Assembly: GCA_009914755.4 (NCBI GenBank)
Contig: CP068257.2
Span: 39,072,001 to 39,136,000, forward strand
Reading direction: 5' to 3'
Source of the DNA: the human T2T-CHM13v2.0 reference genome, Homo sapiens
Length of the DNA stretch: 64,000 nt
Position numbers and translations under genes: made by a program. Positions 56,457-64,000 of the stretch are shown here, piece by piece; within the stretch, counting starts at the first letter, position 1; each line of letters opens with the position of its first letter. Below the pieces are notes generated by a model. That model was not told where the DNA came from. It saw nothing but the letters and a program-made list of their open reading frames with translations, and searched no databases.

Positions 56457-59229
56457 CAACATTTAAACCAAGAGCTACAGCAAACCCTTGCTAACTCCTC
56501 ACCTGGGAACATGTGACAACACCTGTATGTGGGCAGAGGAAATGCCTGGAGCTGACAACCCTTTAAAGCAACTGCTAGAAAGCGCCTAAGACAGTGCTCT
56601 GTAAATTTTGACACAAATAAAATGTACAACTCCTTTGAGGATAAAAAACTCTAAATTTAATACAGAAGTCTTCTTTGAGATTTGAAATGTGAAGTTTCAA
56701 ATACAGTTAGCTTTGAGCCGTGCCAATCCAAGCATGGCAGGTTTTACTGCAGCCACTTTGCAAAGCTAAGGGGAGATGAGGAGATAGTTTGGCCAGAATA
56801 TTAAAGCCATATATTCAGTCCCTGCCAGACAAACTAACGGCAGCCCAGGTAAAGAGGGCAGAGAATTGTCCACAGCATTTGCTGACCCCATGTGCCTCCT
56901 CCCCCAATATGTTTCCCACACATTAGAGCCATTGGGAATAAAAAGCTCTTCTTTAAAATTCAAAACTTCCATGGAGCATCAAGCCTTATTTACATTTGAG
57001 TGCAAATTACTTTAATCATATAATTTTCAGCATTTGTTGAGTGCTGCTGTGTATTTCAAGAATGTACAATTTCATTTTGGATAAAGTGAATGGAAGGGAA
57101 GTTTAGGATCCATCTGGAAGGAGTCAAGGTCTTTGACCCAAGTAAGGCAGGCTAACAACCATAGGCTTTGAGGTGGTAGAGACACTGGGGCTGAGAGGAG
57201 GACTCAGAAGGACAGGGAGGATGGCAAGTGTGAAGTGACTACTTTGAAATGCCTGGAGGCACTGAGATAAGTGGCACAGTTCTGAAATATATCTGCTGTG
57301 ATTTACAAAGGTTTTAGTGGAAGTAACAGAAGTTGGTAATGATGCTAAGCTCAGAAGATCTCAGATTGGTATTATCCTCCAACTCTAGGTTAGGCAGCTT
57401 ATAGTCTCTCAAACTGATTGACAATATCTTAGCTAGGTAACTACTGTGTGGCATGCAGAAGGACAAAGGCTGTTACACTTACTCAGAATTTAGTGGGGGC
57501 ATAGGAATAAGATGAGAACACCAAGGCCCTCTTATGGAAGATTAACCTGAAGTCAGTGCAGAAAAAGTGACTGGAAATGGAGAAAGAGGATGAACACAAA
57601 ATAGTGAGAGTGGTCTCTGGTTTTCTAAAGCATGAGACTCTGACATGCTGAAAAGATCAAGTCTAGCTTGGGCAATGATTTACTTCCTTGGTTTTCTAGT
57701 TTTTCAGCTAAAAAACTGACACTTAAAAATGTCTACAGTGAAATGCTGTTGGACAGAAGGGATACAATTATATATTTAAAATGGACAAATGGGTGCTTAA
57801 TATCTTTCATATTCACATGTTAATAAAACATGTGAATGCACATGCATGCACTCTTCCAGAATCACTCTACCAACTGTTTTCCACCTATGCACACTAAAGG
57901 AACTTATCTTCTCTGCTGTCTTCCTGAATAGCAGTTCTCAAACCATGGTTCCCCATACCAACAGCATCAGCCTTACCTGAGTGATTACTAGAAATGCAAT
58001 ATCTCAGCCCCCCAAACTCAGAGTGACAGAGTAAGAAAAGTCACCTGTGTGTTTAACAAGTCCACTGGGTAAATTTAATGCATGAAGTCTGAGAACCACT
58101 CTTCCAGACTAGCAGGTTCTAGCTACCTGGCTGCACGGTAGATTCACCTGGATACTTCTTAGAAAAGCAGTAATACTGCAGCCCCATCCAGATGAAATAA
58201 ATCAGAATGTCTGTCAATAGGATCTGGGCTGAGATTTTTATTTTTTAAAATTTCCACCAGGTGATTCGAATGAGCAGCTCAGTATACTGACCTGAGTAAC
58301 TCCAGATGAGGTGTTACTTAGTGTTCTTGTATTGACTATTCCTATATGTTCATTCCTTCATTTCCTTAAATGAGAATTTCTACTGTATGCCAAGAACTGC
58401 AGTAGGTGCTGAGAATACAAGATAGATAGAGATCACACATTTCTAGAGTTTTTAGTCTGGTGGGCATCAGAAAAAGCCCACCACGTACAGCCACACAAGT
58501 TGTGCACTGGCCAACTTCAATGGGCACCCTTCGTATCTTTATGTACAACCTAGACAGTCACATGCGACATCTGAGGTTGAAGTCCAAGGTAACCTTGGCA
58601 TTTTAAGATGGAGAATATATAATTCCAAGCAGCTTTAGCCTTTGTCACTGGTACTGCCAAATCCTGAACAGGAGGTCCCAGCAGAACTAAGGACAGTGAA
58701 TTGATTTCTGATTACTTCACTATGCAGCTCATTTCCCAATTTCTTTTTCTGGTAGCTCATTATTGGTGTAGCTCATAGACATGCAACTAATTTTTGTATG
58801 TTGATTTTTGTATCCTGCAACTTTAATGAATTTGTTTAAAGATGGAGAAAGGGGTCAGGAGCCAAGGAATATGAGGAGCACCACTGTAGGGCTGGAGAAG
58901 CCAAGGGAATGGGTTCTCTTCTACAGACTCTGAAAGGACATGGTCCTACTGACACACTGATTTTCATCCAGTGAAAGTGATTTTGTACTTCTGTCCTTCA
59001 GAGTTGCAAGAGAATAAATGTATGTTGTTTTAAGCCACTACGTTTGTGATAATTTGTGACAGCAGCAATATAAAACTGATACATATACACAAATAAAGAA
59101 AATCCAGAAAACAGAGTAGAGGTTTGAGAAAGCAGTTAAGGGCAGCTGAAATTTAATGATCTCCCTTTAGTGGGCCAGGGTCTGTGCTGGTTACTTTGAA
59201 TGGATTACGTCCTATCCTTACAACAGTTG

Positions 59230-59460
59230 TTTGAGATTGTCATCATCATCACCAGATTCATTGTTACTGTTATTGCCATCTTCACTGTCATGATCATCAT
59301 TGCCATTATTGTCAATATCATCATCATCCTTTTAATTAACATTTTCATCATTATTTTTATTTTAAAGATGAGGAAATACAATTATCAAAAAAGTTAAGCA
59401 GTATCCCCTAAATTACCCACCTGGCAAGCGGTAGTCAGAGTTTGAATGCCTCTGTCTCAA
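59230..59460 (-). mobile_element. MIR-like SINE remnant (minus) with an ATC/ATT-rich tail
   Basis: ...atcatcatcaccagattcattgttactgttattgccatc...attttaaagatgaggaaatacaattatcaaaaaagttaagcagtatcccctaaattacccacctggcaagcggtagtcagagtttgaatgcc. This resembles the reverse complement of the MIR core ttttacagatgaggaaactgaggc.cagagaggttaagtaacttgcccaaggtcacacagctagtaagtggcagagc.gggattcgaacc. The Ile-rich ORF 59200..59397 is an artefact of this repeat. Confidence 0.45.
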
Positions 59461-60334
59461 AAGTACAATTTCCAAAAGGTACTTTTCACTAAACAAATTT
59501 ATACTTACACTTACTTTACTGAAGAAGACTTCTGCATTGAGATATAACATTCCACTCTAATTGGAGCTCAGAAGACTTTCATTTCATGATCTTTATGGCC
59601 TGAATACAGAGCGGCTGAATCAACCACTTTGAAGAGCTACAGAACAGATTTTATTGACGGCAACTAGCAAAAAGCAGTACATCCCACAAATGAATGCAGC
59701 AGTGCTCCCACAGACATGGTTCATATAGAAATTCACATGGTAAAATACCACTAATAGACTCCCCATTCAATACCATCTTGCCCAAAATAAATTGTTTCTG
59801 CATCATCAACTCCTGGCAACAACTTTGCTATATCTGAGTTGTCATTTCTCACAATAATGGTCTTTTATTCCACTTGGGGCCTGTCACCTGGAACAAATAA
59901 GGTCTTTACAAGGTCCCAGAAAATGAGAAAATGTTCTCCATAAATTATATTTTTCTGAGCTTATTCCCCACTCTGACATAATACAAGAGGTTAACCTGCT
60001 AGAGATGTCGAATTTCACACCCCAAAACATGCAGTGAGGATCTGCTTATACTAGAAGAAAAAAACAATCAAATGTATATTTTAAAAAATTAAAATTTGAG
60101 ATAAAGAAGTACATTTAAAAAAAAATTTTGTGATACAAGAGAGTTATTCTGATACCATGTTTCTGTCTGGTCAACAGTTCTCAGGATCTTTCACAAGTCC
60201 TTGATCTGAGGAATTCTCCCTATCATTTCTCAAAATTTTTCTTTGTTCTCATGATGTAAATAGGTCAAAATTTCTTATAATCAAATCTGCTGACCAATAG
60301 ATCTAAATACAATTCTATAAAAAGTAACAGTAAT

Positions 60335-63300
60335 TATGAAGGAGAAACATGAGCAAGATTGCAGAATAGAAGACACCCTGACATTATTTCCTCCACAAAC
60401 ATACAACTGGAAACTATTAAAAGACAAGAATACCACCATGAATTCACCAGAACTTGGGGAGAAGTGGAGAAACCCACTAGGCCATAATAACTAAGAAAAA
60501 TGGTCATTTCAGACTGTGCCACTCTCTTCTCCAGGCTTGTATAATGCCACTCACAGAGAATTGACACAGACTCATGGTTTCTAAGGTGGGAAGATGGAAT
60601 TGGAGGTGGATGTTTGATCCCCCTACCAGTATGGGAATCTTCATGGGAAGCCCACTCAGGTCTCACTGCACAGGAACCCCTGGGAGAGCTAGGAGGGCTG
60701 AACTACCTGGGGTGAACTGGGGACAAAAAGTGGGGGTGCTGATCACTTGGTGCTGGAATCTTGGAGCTCCAATCAGCAGGGATGCAGATGTCATACTGAG
60801 GAGACCGGCCAGCACTATAGTGCTGCAGGAAGCATGATCGGCAGGAAGGTCTGAATCTCTGGCCAGACTTCCCACAAAGCTCAGGTGCTCATGTGGAGTC
60901 TTCCCCTGACCTGGAAACAACTGAGTTTGGAAATTAAGTTCCTTTGGAAATTAAGTTCCAGTACGTATTTAAGTCTTTCCCAGACCAGGAAACAATAGTA
61001 GAGTAGCAATTTAGTTCTAGTCCAGTGTTTAAGTTCCAGTGCTCACTATAAGTGTTCCCTAGACTGGGAAACAATGGCAGGGCAGTGATTAAGTCCCAAT
61101 ATCAAGTAGTAGAGGTCCAACACTAATAACACCAGCAGAAGCTGGAAGAGTGGCTTTCTCTTCAAATATGCAGGCATCATCATAAAACACGCAAAAATTG
61201 TTTAAAAAAAACAAAACAACAACAAAAGCAATCTCAGGGAAATATGATGCCACCAAAAGAAACAAACAAAACTCCAATAATGGACCCAGAAGAATTAAAT
61301 ATCTATCAAATGTCTGAGAAAGAATTCAGAATAATCCTCTTTAATTTCAGGGAGTCACAAGAAAATGTGGATGGAAAATGCAGTGAAATTTTGAAAGAAT
61401 TTGAGAAATTTAGCAAGTAAATAGAAACACTTTTTAAAAATCCAAATAGAAATCCTAAGAATAAAGAATACAATAACTGAACTTATTGAAATTTATGAAA
61501 AGCTTATTCGAAATCTTCAATAGCAGACTTAAAGAACCCACAACCTCAAAGACAGAACATATAAAATTACCCAATCAGAGGAGAAAAATCTTTAAAAAAA
61601 GATTGAAGAAGGCCTATGAGAATTATGAGATACTATCAGGCAAACTAACCTCTATATAATAGTAGTTCCCCAGGAGATAAAAGAGAAAAAGTTCTAGAAA
61701 GCATGTTTAAGGAAATAATCGCTAAGATATTCCTAAATCTGGAGAAAAAGGACAGTATCCAAGTATAAAAAGCTCAGAGATCACCAATCAAATTCAACCC
61801 AAAGAGAAATTAACCAAGGCACAGCATCAAATTATCAAAAAGCAAAGATAAAGAAGAAATACTCAAAGCAGCAAGAGAAAGAAAACATATCACATTCACC
61901 TGAGCCCCAGTGCAAGTTTCAGCAGATTTCTCAACAGATACACTGCAGGCCAGAAGAGACTGGGATGATATATTCAAAGTGCTGAAGGGAAAGAACCTTG
62001 TAGCCAAGAATAGTTCACATGGAAAATGTATCCTTCAAACACAATGGAGAGATAAAGACTTTCCCAGACAAGGAAAAGCTGAGGAAATTCATCAACATCA
62101 GATCTGTCTTACAAGAAATGCTGACAAGAGTTCTTCATCTGAAAGAAAAGGGTGCTAATTTGTAACAAGAAAAGATCTAACGGTATAAAATTCACTGGTA
62201 AAAGTAAGAATACAGACAAATTTAGAATACTATAATATTGTAATTGTGGAACGTAAACCACTTGGATCTTAAGTATGAAGACTAAAGAAACAATTATTAA
62301 AGATAGTAATTACAACAATTAGTTAAGAGTTAATATAAAAAGATGTAAATTGAAACATCAAAAATAAAAATGAACGTGTGTGGGATGGTGTTAAATGTAG
62401 TTTGTTTTTCTTGCTTTAATTTGCAGTCAAAGTTAAGTTGTTAATCAGTTTAAGATAACTTGTTTTAACTATAACATGATTTTAAGCATCATGGTATTTA
62501 CAAAGCAAAAATTTATAATAGATACACTAAAAATAATGAGCATGAAATCAAAACATACTACTAGAAAAAAAAAATCTCTCAAGGAAAACAATAAGAGATG
62601 AAACAAGGTAGAAAGGATCTATAAAACAACCAGAAAACAAGTAACAAAATGGTAGTAGTAAAGCCCCACCTAACAATAATAACCTTAAATGCAAATGAAT
62701 TAAAATCTCCAATTAAGAGACATAGAGTGACTGAATGGATTTTTAAAAATGCCCAATTATATGCTGTCTACAAGAGATCTTTCACCTATAAAAACATGCA
62801 CAGACTAAAGAGATGGAAAAAAGATATTCCAAACAAATTGAAGCAAAAAAAAAAAAAGCAGGAATAACAATATTTATATCAGATAAAATAGACTTTAGGT
62901 CAAGAATGGTAAAAAATAAACAAAAAGACCATGATATAATGACAAAGGGATCAATATAGAAAGAGAACATTACAATTGTAAATATGTATGCACCCAAAAC
63001 TGGGACTCTCAATATTTGAGACCCTCAAATATGTAAGGAAAACATTAATAGATCTGAAAGGTCTGTAGATTGACTATAATACAATAAGAGTAGGGAACTT
63101 TAATACCCCTACTTTCAGCAATGGAAAGGTTATCCAGACAGAAAACCAACAAAGAGACGTTGGATTTAAACAGCCTTCTAGATCAAATGAATCCAACAGA
63201 CATTTACAGAACTTTCCACCCAATAGATTCAGAATACACATTTTTCTCAACAAGACATGATATTTTCTCCAGGATAGATTATGAAAGTCACAAAACAAGT

Positions 63301-64000
63301 CTTAGAAATTTTTTAAAAATCAAAATCATATGTGTCTTTTCTGACCACCATGGAATAAAACTAAAAATCAATAACAGAAGAAATGTTCAAAACTGTAAAA
63401 CTTCATGGAAATTAAGCAACATGCTCCTGAGCAACAGAGGAGTTAGTGAAGAAATCAAAAATAAAATTTAAAAATTTCTCGATCAAATGAAAATATGCAC
63501 ACAACATACCAAAACCTATGGGATATAGTAAAAGCAGTTCTAAGAGGGAATTTTACTGTGATAAATGCCTACATCCAAAATGTAGAGAGATCTCAAATAA
63601 AAAATCCAATGTCACAACTCAAGAAATTAGAAAAGAAGGACAAACTGAACCCCAAATTAGAAGGGGAAAAATAACAAAAATCAGAGCAGAAATAAACAAA
63701 ATAGAGGTTTTAAAAACAATACAAAAGATCAAGAAAACAAGGAGGTATTTTTGTTTAAATAAAAAAAAAAACAACAAACCTTAAGCTAGACTAAGGAAAA
63801 AGAGAAAGGACTCAAATAAATAAAATCAGGGATGAAAAAGGAAACATTAAAACTGATACTACAAAAATTTAAAGGACCATAAGAGCCTATTGTAAATTTC
63901 TATATGCCAAGAAATTGGAAAATCTAGAAGAAATGAGTAAATTTTGGACAGACACAACCTAGCAAGATTAAATCATGAAGAAATAGAAAATCTTAATAGA
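60335..64000 (+). mobile_element. Old LINE-1 (L1PB/L1MA-class) with an apparently intact 5' end: 5' UTR with about 70-bp tandem sub-repeats (60880-61090), decayed ORF1 (about 61190-62160), and ORF2 endonuclease/RT start (62640 onward). It continues beyond the window end.
   Basis: 5' UTR: ggagaaacatgagcaagattgcagaatagaagacaccctgacattatttcctccacaaacatacaactggaaactattaaaag. ORF1 translates to ...MMPPKETNKTPIMDPEELNIYQMSEKEFRIILF... and ...QVSADFSTDTLQARRDWDDIFKVLKGKNLVAKNSSHGKCILQTQWRDKDFPRQGKAEEI, which are L1 ORF1p hallmarks. ORF2 translates to MVVVKPHLTIITLNANELKSPIKRHRVTEWIFKNAQLYAVYKRSFTYKNMHRLKRWKKDIPNKLKQKKK... and ...NPTDIYRTFHPIDSEYTFFSTRHDIFSRIDY..., the L1 ORF2 endonuclease. There are multiple in-frame stops and frameshifts, so it is inactive. 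Confidence 0.85.

Noticed and set aside
61910-63784. L1 ORF1/ORF2-like ORFs (61910..62158, 62649..62867, 63121..63471, 63518..63784) and the Tigger transposase frame around 15800-16650
   Set aside because: They are recognisable by homology but fragmented by stops and frameshifts. They are dead transposon coding remnants, not host genes.

Overview
This window is primate, almost certainly human, nuclear DNA from chromosome 21q22: an intronic stretch of the DSCAM gene, which lies on the minus strand here. It is not a prokaryotic or compact-genome region. Two exons can be read directly from the sequence, both with canonical AG/GT splice junctions and a continuous reading frame across them. Exon 2 (24924-25241, minus) encodes ...[106 protein letters not shown], the first immunoglobulin domain. 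Exon 3 (9280-9426, minus) encodes [48 protein letters not shown], the first half of the second Ig domain. The rest of the window is part of intron 1 (above 25241), the whole of intron 2 (about 15.5 kb) and part of intron 3 (below 9280). The remaining sequence is typical human intron: at least 12 Alu elements (several with readable target-site duplications), many LINE-1 fragments of various ages and both orientations (including a 5'-intact old L1 running off the window end), a Tigger1 DNA-transposon fragment with a recognisable pogo/CENP-B-like transposase N-terminus, MaLR-type LTRs, MIR fragments, and microsatellites (CA, GA, GT, T30, a C-run). Nearly all ORFs in the supplied six-frame track are read-through of repeats or introns. 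Exon 3 has no ATG-initiated ORF in the track at all, which shows the track is a poor guide to eukaryotic exons. I find no evidence of a novel, self-contained biological system (no operon, defense island, CRISPR array or toxin-antitoxin pair), and I regard that premise as not applicable to this sequence. Things worth a second look: a young 5'-truncated AluY and an L1 3' fragment, each with a perfect target-site duplication; a 60-bp inverted-repeat pair enclosing 690 bp, possibly a MITE; a 113-bp direct duplication; inverted L1M 3'-end segments; a G-quadruplex-capable purine tract just downstream of exon 2; and inverted Alu pairs flanking exons 2-3. All repeat family names come from my recollection of consensus sequences and should be confirmed with RepeatMasker. 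Several interspersed repeats I could not name confidently.
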